Positions 1 through 7,847 of a DNA stretch of 32,632 nucleotides are shown piece by piece. The position numbers were made by a program, and so were the translations under genes. The notes below the pieces were generated by a model. The model saw nothing but the letters and a program-made list of their open reading frames with translations, searched no databases and had not been told where the DNA came from. The stretch is from a virus (taxonomy: Duplodnaviria; Caudoviricetes), in IMG/VR virus record IMGVR_UViG_3300005662_000128, positions 1 through 32,632 of that record. The stretch is one strand, 5' to 3'. Numbering within the stretch: position 1 is the first letter of the stretch; every line of letters begins with the position of its first letter.

Positions 1-25
1 ATGTGCCGAGAGAAAAAGTTGCCAT
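1..25 (-). CDS. 5' end of a gene running off the window (MATFSLGT...), possibly a tail structural protein
   Basis: ATG at 25 after an AT-rich leader, downstream of tail genes; only 8 codons visible. Confidence 0.35.
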
Positions 26-136
26 TTTATTATGGGGGGAATCCTTCCATTCCGTCTCCCTGTGATGGCGAAGGCGATTCCATCGTGGTGCCCGAGGGCC
101 AGGGTTTCGGGTCATTCAACGAGTACTTTTACCCGG

Positions 137-511
137 TTACTGGATTCCCGTAATAGCTTGCGTGCTATCGAATGTTATTCCGTTCAATGTTTCGCGTTCT
201 ACAACGCCTTGTAGAGTGTAACGGTAGAGCGCTGTGTCATATTCCTTTTGCGTGTCGTAAGGAAAAATGGCGTCGCTAGCGTCTCCAAATACTGTGCCGA
301 ACACAAATGACCCCTGTGTTAGGCCTCCGGGAGTACCAGCTGTAGATGCAACTTGGCTTAGGCGCAGTTGAGCGCCGATGGGGGGTAGTTCCCAAACCGA
401 CCACTGGCGATTTTGCTCCAGTACCTCACGGTATTGCAGAGAATCTGTGAATGCCAGGTAGCCAAGCTTACGCCAGGTGTACTGCGGTTGGAATGGGAAC
501 GAAACGGTCAT
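137..511 (-). CDS. putative tail/baseplate protein (P2 gpX / LysM-like N-terminus)
   Basis: TWxxLxY...DS..Y..VL..N pattern; tail gene context. Confidence 0.5.
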   Translation of the reverse strand: MTVSFPFQPQYTWRKLGYLAFTDSLQYREVLEQNRQWSVWELPPIGAQLRLSQVASTAGTPGGLTQGSFVFGTVFGDASDAIFPYDTQKEYDTALYRYTLQGVVERETLNGITFDSTQAITGIQ

Positions 512-876
512 TAGGCTTTCTTCTGAGCGCGGGCCATCAGACGGGCGCCGATTGAGGTGCCACGGTTAAGTTGAAAACCCTGTTCCTGGGCAACAACTGC
601 AGCAGCCTTCTCAAGAGCGACAGGGTTGGCAGGAACAAATACGTTTTCTTCGACTGATTTTTTCGAGAGTTTCTCGCGAACGTCCGTTTGGATTTTTTCA
701 GCCGGAGCAGCCTCAGCGGGAACCACAGGCTCATCTGAGGGAGTCTCAACCTCGAGGTTGACGGGAGCGGAAGCTTCTTCCACCACTGGACTTTCAATGC
801 GTCCCTCTTCGGGGGTAACTTGAATGTCGCTGGGAGCGGCGGGAGCGGCTTTGGAGCGAGTAGATCTGCGAGTCAT
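511..876 (-). CDS. hypothetical Pro/Glu/Ala-rich protein (121 aa)
   Basis: ATG at 876 follows the upstream stop at 879; low-complexity acidic region and basic C-terminus. Confidence 0.7.
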   Translation of the reverse strand: MTRRSTRSKAAPAAPSDIQVTPEEGRIESPVVEEASAPVNLEVETPSDEPVVPAEAAPAEKIQTDVREKLSKKSVEENVFVPANPVALEKAAAVVAQEQGFQLNRGTSIGARLMARAQKKA

Positions 877-878
877 GG

Positions 879-1292
879 TTAGCGTTTGCGTGAAAGGATG
901 TTTTTCCAGGAGATCGGGACGATTTGCACCAAGGAGATATCTGGGACTCCCATCCAAGGGCGGGCCGCCATCTTAGAGGTACCAAATTGATGGTATTTAC
1001 CGTAATCAGTGCTCTTCACGTAGAATACGTTACCTTCGGTGTATATTTGGGCAATGTCCTGCATCAGACCAGTTGCCCGCAATATTGGTTGCCCAGGATA
1101 ACGTTGACCTTTCCAGTTGGCGTATTTCGGGGTTAGTTGAGCCCAGGGACGCTTATAGGTCGGGTCAACTTGTTGCTTCCAAAACTGAGGGTGATCGTCA
1201 AGAAGAACAGGTGTCCACTCCCTTTTTGTGGGCTGCCACCAGTTCAAGTTCATGGGCGTGAGCCCGTTACCTTGCACCTTGAACTTAATCAT
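879..1292 (-). CDS. phage virion morphogenesis / tail completion protein (Mu gpG, P2 gpS-like)
   Basis: W..L...Y...K, IL..TG.M, YGKYHQFGT, ARPWMG motifs. Confidence 0.8.
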   Translation of the reverse strand: MIKFKVQGNGLTPMNLNWWQPTKREWTPVLLDDHPQFWKQQVDPTYKRPWAQLTPKYANWKGQRYPGQPILRATGLMQDIAQIYTEGNVFYVKSTDYGKYHQFGTSKMAARPWMGVPDISLVQIVPISWKNILSRKR

Positions 1293-1714
1293 TACCGTTT
1301 CCGGGCATTTTTCTTCATTTCCTTGGCCTGATCTTCGGCGTGATTCTTCACGATTTCAATCATGGTTCGCACCTTACTCATGGGCTGAGTTTCGAGCCAA
1401 TCAATCGAGGAATCCCACCTTTGCTTACACAAATGGTAGGCAACCTCCATCCAGTTTTCTACAGACAGGATTGTTTGATCGAGAAGAGCTTCCCCAACCC
1501 ATTTCATAACCTGGCGAAACTGCGTCGATGTAACCTCATCTGAAGTTTCAGGATTAAGGTATAGCCGCAGAATTAATTCCATTTGACTTTTTTCGTTCTG
1601 CCTTAGAATCTGGGCTAGATAAAAGTCCTTGGGGGCAACTTCCCGAAAATGAAGAGTGGGACCATTTGGAATATGCACTAAATAAGTGAAATCCTCCTGG
1701 TCCTCAACTATTAG
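1292..1714 (-). CDS. tail assembly chaperone extension (T-like), probably reached by -1 frameshift
   Basis: Frame is open from the slippery site CCCAAAC to the stop at 1292; no ATG near its 5' end (GTG at 1678). Confidence 0.7.
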   Translation of the reverse strand, partial: LIVEDQEDFTYLVHIPNGPTLHFREVAPKDFYLAQILRQNEKSQMELILRLYLNPETSDEVTSTQFRQVMKWVGEALLDQTILSVENWMEVAYHLCKQRWDSSIDWLETQPMSKVRTMIEIVKNHAEDQAKEMKKNARKR

Positions 1715-2037
1715 TTTGGGTCTTCTTCGTCAGTGCCGTTGGCTTTGGCCACCAGATCACTAAGTTTGCGGAAGTCCTTGACACCCAGGTCGAGGATCTC
1801 GTCGTAGGTAACTTTATCGTCGCCCACAATCAGACGCTCGATGATGCGCATGCCTTTCTCGACATCGCCTGCTTTGGTCAGGTCTTTTTCCATGTAAATT
1901 AGGTCGCGACCGGTCATTTCCCGGATGGTAATTTCGCGACCGTCCGTCAGGGTCGTGCTGAAGGTTTCAAGTTGGGGCATTACTTTCTTCTTGGTTGCCG
2001 GTGTGGATTCAACCGCGTCGTTAGAGATTGTTCTCAT
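1711..2037 (-). CDS. tail assembly chaperone (G-like; Mu gp41 / P2 gpE type)
   Basis: ITIREMTGRDL and DEI..L..KDF..L motifs; ends in slippery heptamer. Confidence 0.75.
   Translation of the reverse strand: MRTISNDAVESTPATKKKVMPQLETFSTTLTDGREITIREMTGRDLIYMEKDLTKAGDVEKGMRIIERLIVGDDKVTYDEILDLGVKDFRKLSDLVAKANGTDEEDPN
1714..1720 (-). other. -1 programmed ribosomal frameshift site C CCA AAC
   Basis: In-phase X XXY YYZ heptamer directly before TAA; -1 frame continues into the downstream ORF. Confidence 0.75.
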
Positions 2038-2270
2038 TGGTTACGTGAGTGAGATTGATCTAGTTTTACCCGCAAATCGTAGATTCGGTCTTCTAACTCC
2101 ATACTGCCATACCCTGCGGGAACGGACAAGTAAATGGCATTTGCTTCTCTCCAACTAAGCTCAGCGTCCTGATAACGGCCAAGCTCGATCCGGTCGCCTA
2201 CATCATCGAGCCAGAACTCCACGCAAGTTTTGCGAAATTCCGGATCAATTGGAAGAGGAAAAGCCATCAA
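2034..2270 (-). CDS. hypothetical protein
   Basis: ATGA overlaps with both neighbours. Confidence 0.7.
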   Translation of the reverse strand: MMAFPLPIDPEFRKTCVEFWLDDVGDRIELGRYQDAELSWREANAIYLSVPAGYGSMELEDRIYDLRVKLDQSHSRNQ

Positions 2271-2455
2271 AGAGCTCGGAGCATGTTAACTGTTTGTTGT
2301 AGGGAAAAATATCGAGAGTTGTAAGCACATTCCACAGAGGAAGGGATGATGCGATTTTTCTTGTCATACGGAACTGTCATATAGTACGTATCGTTGACTC
2401 CTTTATAAAGAACGACACCCACGTTCTCAACGCGGGATTTCTTTTGCTTTTTCAT
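2267..2455 (-). CDS. hypothetical protein
   Basis: TAATG coupling to the polymerase stop. Confidence 0.65.
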   Translation of the reverse strand: MKKQKKSRVENVGVVLYKGVNDTYYMTVPYDKKNRIIPSSVECAYNSRYFSLQQTVNMLRAL

Positions 2456-5220
2456 TAGATTAGCCCTTTCTGAATTGCGTTATAGCGTTTTGTGAGTTTT
2501 TCTATCGCCCCGATTTCGGCAAGCTCTGCCATTGAGTACTCAGTTCCGTTGGGTTCTTTGTCTCCACCAGGATTAGATAAAGTTTTCGTGCACTCTTTGG
2601 GCGATTTCCGAAGCCTGTCGTCAATCGCCACAGAAGAGAAGTAGGCGCGGGAAAGAGGGAGTTCGGGAATGCCTACCGCTGAATGGAAGAGAGACCAGGT
2701 GTACATGTGAGCGATTTGGAAAAGAACCGCAAACTGTTCGGCGTATCTTTCAGGCGTTTGAAACCAGATCTCGTCATGTATACTGAGAACGAAGCGGGCA
2801 GGAATTTTATACTCGGTGGTGAGCCAATGGACCGCGGTTAGCATTATCGACAGGATCTCGGCACCGGAAGATTGAATCGTCCAGTTCACTCGACCTGTTT
2901 TGAAGTCATCTCCGACAGCAGCGGGTCGCATTGCGGTTGAGATTTTGGTTCCGAGGCACGGCAGCGTTGGTACGCGTGACCGCATTGCAATCTCTTCCAT
3001 GTAGTTGAAGCAACCGGAGTCAGAGCCTCCCTCATACATCCCGTTCCGTAATTTCCCTTTCTTGCCTTCCAGAATTCGATAAGCGAAATTCTTGACTTCG
3101 GTTGCAGACTTTTCAGGGTATTTGCGTCGAATGTAAGTTTGCACTGCGCGAACTCCCGCTCCGTAAAGCACCGCAAATCCTGCAATTTTTGCAGTATCCC
3201 TGTCTACGCCCGCGAGCTTCGCGAGCGCGGAATGCGGGTCTGTGCCTGCCTCCTTACTTCCACTTAAAACGTTGTAGCCAAATGGCGAGCATCCTACATA
3301 ACCGCCTTCCCACTTGTCACTGTAGATCGAAGCAATCTGCATTTCTTGGCCGTCGAAGTCAGCACCCACGATCTTCCAACCACCCGGAGCTTGGACCCTG
3401 GACTTCAACTCGGTTCCAATGCGCCAATTTTTGGTAGAGCACATGGTAACCATGAGAGATTCCACAGTGCGCCGAGTTACGGTGCCATGGCAAAGGATCT
3501 CTGGCAGGGTCACCAGGGCATCTTCACCGTAGGGGTTGTGAGCGGAAATGAAGATGCGATCCATGACTCGTTTTCGCACCGAGGTCCAGTAAGAAACTGA
3601 ATTCGCAATTTCAAGAGCTCGTTTTGCTTCCGGCAGGTCACTGCTCAGACGACCTACTTTCATGTCATCGACAAAGTCTTTGGATAAAACACCTCCGACA
3701 TTATCTCCGGCACCCTTCGGGTGCGGGATTTTCGTTAAAACACCGTCCTCATTGTGAAAACACCATCCCATGTCTTTTGTTAGAGTCATGGGTGAGTTTT
3801 CCCACTGCAACTTGAGAAGTAAATGAGACAGGTTACTTTTTACGCCGATGTGAGTGTCAGGGTCCTTGACAAACGGGCGAACCCACTTTGGAACTCCCGC
3901 GTACTTTCCTTTCTGCGTTTTAATTTCCCAATCGAGCTGGGAGAGCCACGGATCTCGGCTGATGTATGTTTCAGGGTCTTTCGCTTCTTTCCACTCCTCG
4001 TAATACCTCCATACAAGATCCTGGCACAACGTGGTCATTTCCTTGTTGTGCTCATCGAAGACTCTCTCGACATTCTTGATCCAGTCCTCCCAGTCGGGGA
4101 CGAGCGGAACGATGGAACCATTCAGGTGGTAGTGGCCACACAGTGCGGTCAGACTTGGAGTGGCATCAACATATTTCGGCCAGAGTGCCTGGAAAAGTTC
4201 GGCTGTGTAGAATGCGTCTTTCACAGCGTAATCAACGGCATCCGTCAGCATTTGACGGATTTGACTCAGGTGTGTTGCCTTCACAAAGATGTCTCTCACT
4301 GCTTTGTCGCCCGCGCCGAGCGGCTGCACGTCGTCGCCGAAGAATTTGCGAACTTCATAAACGTGGAAGTTGTAGGCGGCGACAAGAGAATTGGTAGCAC
4401 CCTCGTCTAGCCATTTCGGGGCATACCTTAGCTTTCGCTTCTCTTCCTCAGTAAGGTTCTCAGGGTCCTTACCAGCCAGAACATATAGCCAGCGCTGGCC
4501 ACTGGCAAGGCCAGATACGCCAATGTGTGCAGAGAGTGTGTCAAAGTAGAAGTTTTCAGGTTTAGTGCGATCGAGGGAGTATCCCTCGCGAGCACGCACG
4601 CGGTCGTAGGAAATGTTATGACCAACCACAAAGCGATTCTCACCAATGGGAATCAGATCGTGCTGATCCCACGATTCCTCTGGAATCGAAGGGTCGATTA
4701 GCTCGGAGGCAAGCCAAATGTAGGCGGCTTTAGCACTCAGAGCAGTGCCAATAATGGGGAACGCCCCGCCGTGCACGTAAGTCTCGGTGTCAAATGTGAA
4801 TGCCTTTTCCAAGGGATATGGCACTGATTCAGTTTTCCATTTGCCGCAAACCTTGGTATAACGAATCCAGCCTGCCTTAAACACCAGCTCGGTTCTGGGA
4901 GGGATTTCAGGTAGTTTGCAAACTGCATAGATATCCGCATATTCTTTGTATTCGCCAACTTGCTCTTTGGCAATTGCTTCAAAGTGAGCTCTTAAATTGC
5001 CATCCTTGAGATCGGGCAACGGTAAAGGACCGTCGTAGAGATTGTCAGGGTAGTCGACGGGTGTCTGTATATCAAACTCTTTGAGCAGATTTTCTGCCTT
5101 TTGTTTGGCAAGGCGAGACATTTCTTTTGGCTTCTCCTTACCAAAAATCCTCTCGTGATTTTCTTCTGAGAGGACGGGATAACCTAAAGTCGTTTTCCGC
5201 ATAGGCGTTAGGTTTTGCAT
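2455..5220 (-). CDS. family A DNA polymerase, mitochondrial Pol gamma-like
   Basis: Exo motifs FDTE, VGHNISYDR, YAVKD; pol motifs VGADFDGQE, R..AK....A.LYGAG, SIHDEI; Pol gamma blocks GTVTRR.VE, RIG.ELKS.VQAP, GTD.HS, RVNW.IQSS. Start at 5220 or 5202. Confidence 0.93.
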   Translation of the reverse strand: MQNLTPMRKTTLGYPVLSEENHERIFGKEKPKEMSRLAKQKAENLLKEFDIQTPVDYPDNLYDGPLPLPDLKDGNLRAHFEAIAKEQVGEYKEYADIYAVCKLPEIPPRTELVFKAGWIRYTKVCGKWKTESVPYPLEKAFTFDTETYVHGGAFPIIGTALSAKAAYIWLASELIDPSIPEESWDQHDLIPIGENRFVVGHNISYDRVRAREGYSLDRTKPENFYFDTLSAHIGVSGLASGQRWLYVLAGKDPENLTEEEKRKLRYAPKWLDEGATNSLVAAYNFHVYEVRKFFGDDVQPLGAGDKAVRDIFVKATHLSQIRQMLTDAVDYAVKDAFYTAELFQALWPKYVDATPSLTALCGHYHLNGSIVPLVPDWEDWIKNVERVFDEHNKEMTTLCQDLVWRYYEEWKEAKDPETYISRDPWLSQLDWEIKTQKGKYAGVPKWVRPFVKDPDTHIGVKSNLSHLLLKLQWENSPMTLTKDMGWCFHNEDGVLTKIPHPKGAGDNVGGVLSKDFVDDMKVGRLSSDLPEAKRALEIANSVSYWTSVRKRVMDRIFISAHNPYGEDALVTLPEILCHGTVTRRTVESLMVTMCSTKNWRIGTELKSRVQAPGGWKIVGADFDGQEMQIASIYSDKWEGGYVGCSPFGYNVLSGSKEAGTDPHSALAKLAGVDRDTAKIAGFAVLYGAGVRAVQTYIRRKYPEKSATEVKNFAYRILEGKKGKLRNGMYEGGSDSGCFNYMEEIAMRSRVPTLPCLGTKISTAMRPAAVGDDFKTGRVNWTIQSSGAEILSIMLTAVHWLTTEYKIPARFVLSIHDEIWFQTPERYAEQFAVLFQIAHMYTWSLFHSAVGIPELPLSRAYFSSVAIDDRLRKSPKECTKTLSNPGGDKEPNGTEYSMAELAEIGAIEKLTKRYNAIQKGLI

Positions 5221-5226
5221 ATTTGC

Positions 5227-5254
5227 AATATATCGTGGTTTGCCCTCAAGTAAA
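5227..5254 (-). promoter_or_regulatory. sigma70-like promoter of the polymerase
   Basis: TTTACT-16nt-TATATT, ending 6 nt before ATG 5220. Confidence 0.55.
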
Positions 5255-5255
5255 C

Positions 5256-5741
5256 TCAAGGAGTTACGTAATCGATTGGGGGTTGGGTTGGGTTGTCGAC
5301 CACAGGGTACATGAAACTGTACTGGATGGCTTGAGGGTTGTTGACGTTTTGCGGAGGAGTGATCGCCGAGACTTGGTTCTGGTAGAACCGGTGAGGGGGC
5401 TGAGCCCACTGTGGAGCGTTTCCGGTAGTGAAGGAATGGACCACGTAGTCGAACATGGTGGGAGCGCCTGGATATACCGGATACGCAGGGGAATCAGCTC
5501 GAGTGTAGTACTCCATGTAGTTGGTGGTCCAACCTTTCATGGCAGGGCGCACTGAGGTTACAACCGGCAGGGGGGCGGCGGGAGCCAGGGGGCTGTCGGG
5601 CCAGCACCAGCCGAGCGTTCCTGCAGAGTTGGGCCCAGTGGTTGCGTAACCGTTAAGAATAATGTTTCCGTACTCGTCGAGTTCGGTGGAGGAGAAAATA
5701 GACGCAACCTCCTTCGCCATTTGTACTGTGCGTGGAATCAT
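5256..5741 (-). CDS. hypothetical Pro/Tyr-rich protein (161 aa)
   Basis: ATG 5741 avoids overlap with the upstream gene and lies about 24 nt after GGGTAAAA. Confidence 0.65.
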   Translation of the reverse strand: MIPRTVQMAKEVASIFSSTELDEYGNIILNGYATTGPNSAGTLGWCWPDSPLAPAAPLPVVTSVRPAMKGWTTNYMEYYTRADSPAYPVYPGAPTMFDYVVHSFTTGNAPQWAQPPHRFYQNQVSAITPPQNVNNPQAIQYSFMYPVVDNPTQPPIDYVTP

Positions 5742-5766
5742 TGCCGTGTCGAGAATATACTCGCTT

Positions 5767-6042
5767 TTACCCTCCGAAATCGCAATCCCAGCATAGTTTT
5801 CCTGGGTTTTCATCGTACAAGCCAAGATTACGCGCTTCGTTGATCGCATCGAGGAGGCCTCGATCGTTTTTGAGACGGCGATGGAGACGGAGCCTCCATA
5901 GGCAATACGCTTTGGCGTTGGCCTCGTTCGGTTTTTCGCAGTATTTTTGATAGTAATTCTCGATGGTCGTAACCATACCGATACCAACCTTTGCAATCAA
6001 GTGGTCGACGGGATCCAGAGGCTGGCTATGCGCTTTTTTCAT
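5767..6042 (-). CDS. hypothetical protein (91 aa)
   Basis: ATG 6042 just after the upstream stop. Confidence 0.7.
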   Translation of the reverse strand: MKKAHSQPLDPVDHLIAKVGIGMVTTIENYYQKYCEKPNEANAKAYCLWRLRLHRRLKNDRGLLDAINEARNLGLYDENPGKLCWDCDFGG

Positions 6043-6043
6043 T

Positions 6044-6838
6044 CTAGAATGAGAAGAGTTTGAGCTCAAGTTCTCTAAGACCGGTAGTTCCATAGATTTC
6101 GTCTTTATGTTTGCGGTAAATTTCGTAAGCATCGAAGATTTTCGGGAAATTTAGGGGGCGATCACCCGGTGACTCTCGCCACAAAAGAATTTCGGGTAGT
6201 GACAACGGGATGTCAATGTCCCATTGCTCATCTCGAGCTCCGTAAATCATGGGTAGAGCATCGTTACGCCACCACTCAACCACGTAGTCAATGGCTGTGA
6301 GCCACGTTTCCGGGTCGGTAATGTGGGTGTCATACTCACTACGAATCCATTCTATATATTCGCGACCGCGTTCGACCACAATCGGCATGCTAGTGGGAAC
6401 CTCACTCAGAAAATAAGCGTCTTCGTCACCTGCCATGGCACGTTCGTACACGGTAGGGAACAAGAAGGCTTCAGAAGCCAAACGGAAATCTTCCGCATTG
6501 GTGCACATGTGGCGCAAGATTGCATCGAAAATAGCGATGGTGCTTGCAACTTTGAGGTCGGTTTCGTTTGTTGCACCTACCATTGGTAAGTTGGAGTTGC
6601 CCTTACTCAAAAGCGTCAGCTCACGTTCGAGCCGACGCACTTCACGACCGAGCTCGCGTTCCAGTTTGGACTTATAGATTTCGGTTTGCGTAACAATATT
6701 GTCAAACTTCGCGTCTATCTTAGAGAGTTCGGCGTCGAAGCGCTCGACGTGAACTTTAATGTCGGAGAGCTTCTTCTTCAGTGAAGATACCGACGACCGC
6801 ATACTGTTGGTTGCATGTACAATGTTGTCAGCAGTCAT
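6044..6838 (-). CDS. hypothetical protein with N-terminal coiled coil
   Basis: 264-aa ORF; heptad pattern in the first 80 aa; coupled to the upstream gene. Confidence 0.8.
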   Translation of the reverse strand: MTADNIVHATNSMRSSVSSLKKKLSDIKVHVERFDAELSKIDAKFDNIVTQTEIYKSKLERELGREVRRLERELTLLSKGNSNLPMVGATNETDLKVASTIAIFDAILRHMCTNAEDFRLASEAFLFPTVYERAMAGDEDAYFLSEVPTSMPIVVERGREYIEWIRSEYDTHITDPETWLTAIDYVVEWWRNDALPMIYGARDEQWDIDIPLSLPEILLWRESPGDRPLNFPKIFDAYEIYRKHKDEIYGTTGLRELELKLFSF

Positions 6839-7389
6839 TAGGAAATTGGTTTGTATGTGGCCCTAAGGATGTCACCCTGAACATCGACTATATCGACAGT
6901 AAATGCAAACTGCCGCTCAGGATCACTCAGCAGGTGGAAGGAACCTTCGAATCGCTCACCATCGTCGGAGCGAAGGTAACTGTTTCCTGGAGTGGGTGGA
7001 GAGCATAAAGCGATGTCCCCGTCAAATTCGGGGTTGGCTTCAACTAAGCACTTGATAATACGATCATAAATGGCACTTGTTGCAGCCATCTCATGGTCGT
7101 TTGTAATTTGCGCTTTAATTTCGCCTTCAAGTGGCTTCAAAATTGATGCGAGACCGGTATCGAGAGTGATTTGAACTTCGCCGTTCTCAACATCAATTGT
7201 GAAACAAACCTCGTTTGCTTCGAATTCGATTTCGTCGGGATCCTCGTATTCTGCGAACCCATATTCCATCAATTCGTAAAATGAATTTTTGAGGGTTTCT
7301 CCGTCAGGACCGCCTAGGTAATTGGCAATTGCGAAGAAAACGCGAGGGTTGGCGAACAAGCGCTCCACCGGATAAAAAAGTTCAGACAC
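6838..7389 (-). CDS. hypothetical acidic protein
   Basis: 183-aa ORF, GTG start, promoter-like TATATT at 7411-7416. Confidence 0.8.
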   Translation of the reverse strand: MSELFYPVERLFANPRVFFAIANYLGGPDGETLKNSFYELMEYGFAEYEDPDEIEFEANEVCFTIDVENGEVQITLDTGLASILKPLEGEIKAQITNDHEMAATSAIYDRIIKCLVEANPEFDGDIALCSPPTPGNSYLRSDDGERFEGSFHLLSDPERQFAFTVDIVDVQGDILRATYKPIS

Positions 7390-7473
7390 GGTAGCACTCC
7401 GTTCGACGAGAATATAGTGCTTTCATTTCCCAGTAAACTGAGATTTGGTTTTACCCGTGTCTGAAGATTGCGC

Positions 7474-7569
7474 TTATCCGCCTGCAGCAAATGTGAACAG
7501 TAACAAGACCGACATAAGCATGCCTGGACTCAGTAGTAAAATCAATAACTCAAGGTCATGCCCTGTCAT
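7474..7569 (-). CDS. 31-aa single-TM microprotein MTGHDLELLILLLSPGMLMSVLLLFTFAAGG
   Basis: ATGA overlap with the AP2 gene stop; hydrophobic; fills the gap. Confidence 0.55.
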   Translation of the reverse strand: MTGHDLELLILLLSPGMLMSVLLLFTFAAGG

Positions 7570-7838
7570 TCTTCTTCTACGATTTCGTTAACGACTGCGT
7601 GTGGTCCGATTATTCGAAAGGCGCATTCATTGTAAGCTTTGGCTGCTTCTATCTCGGTTTCGAAGGCACCTAAATAATGGCGAACGCCTTTGAATGAAAG
7701 CTGGGCCATCCACGGATGTTGTTTACTTCGCCTGCGGCTCACTCCGCGGTACTTCGAGGCGGCGTCTTTTCTCTGTGGCCGATTTGCCAAGCGCAAATAA
7801 TGCGTCTTTTCGTCAATGCGCAGGTTGTAGTACCCCAA
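7566..7838 (-). CDS. AP2 DNA-binding domain protein
   Basis: SKYRGVS, W.AQ, YLG.F.TE.EAA.AYN..A motifs. Confidence 0.85.
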   Translation of the reverse strand: MGYYNLRIDEKTHYLRLANRPQRKDAASKYRGVSRRRSKQHPWMAQLSFKGVRHYLGAFETEIEAAKAYNECAFRIIGPHAVVNEIVEEE

Positions 7839-7847
7839 GGGAATCGT

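Noticed and set aside
3823-4410. 195-aa plus-strand ORF and similar plus-strand ORFs (8173-8877, 13914-14450)
   Set aside because: Antisense shadows of well-supported genes, with no motifs
5221-5409. N-terminal 63 aa of the 984-aa polymerase ORF
   Set aside because: Overlaps another gene and contains a promoter; the real start is 5220 or 5202
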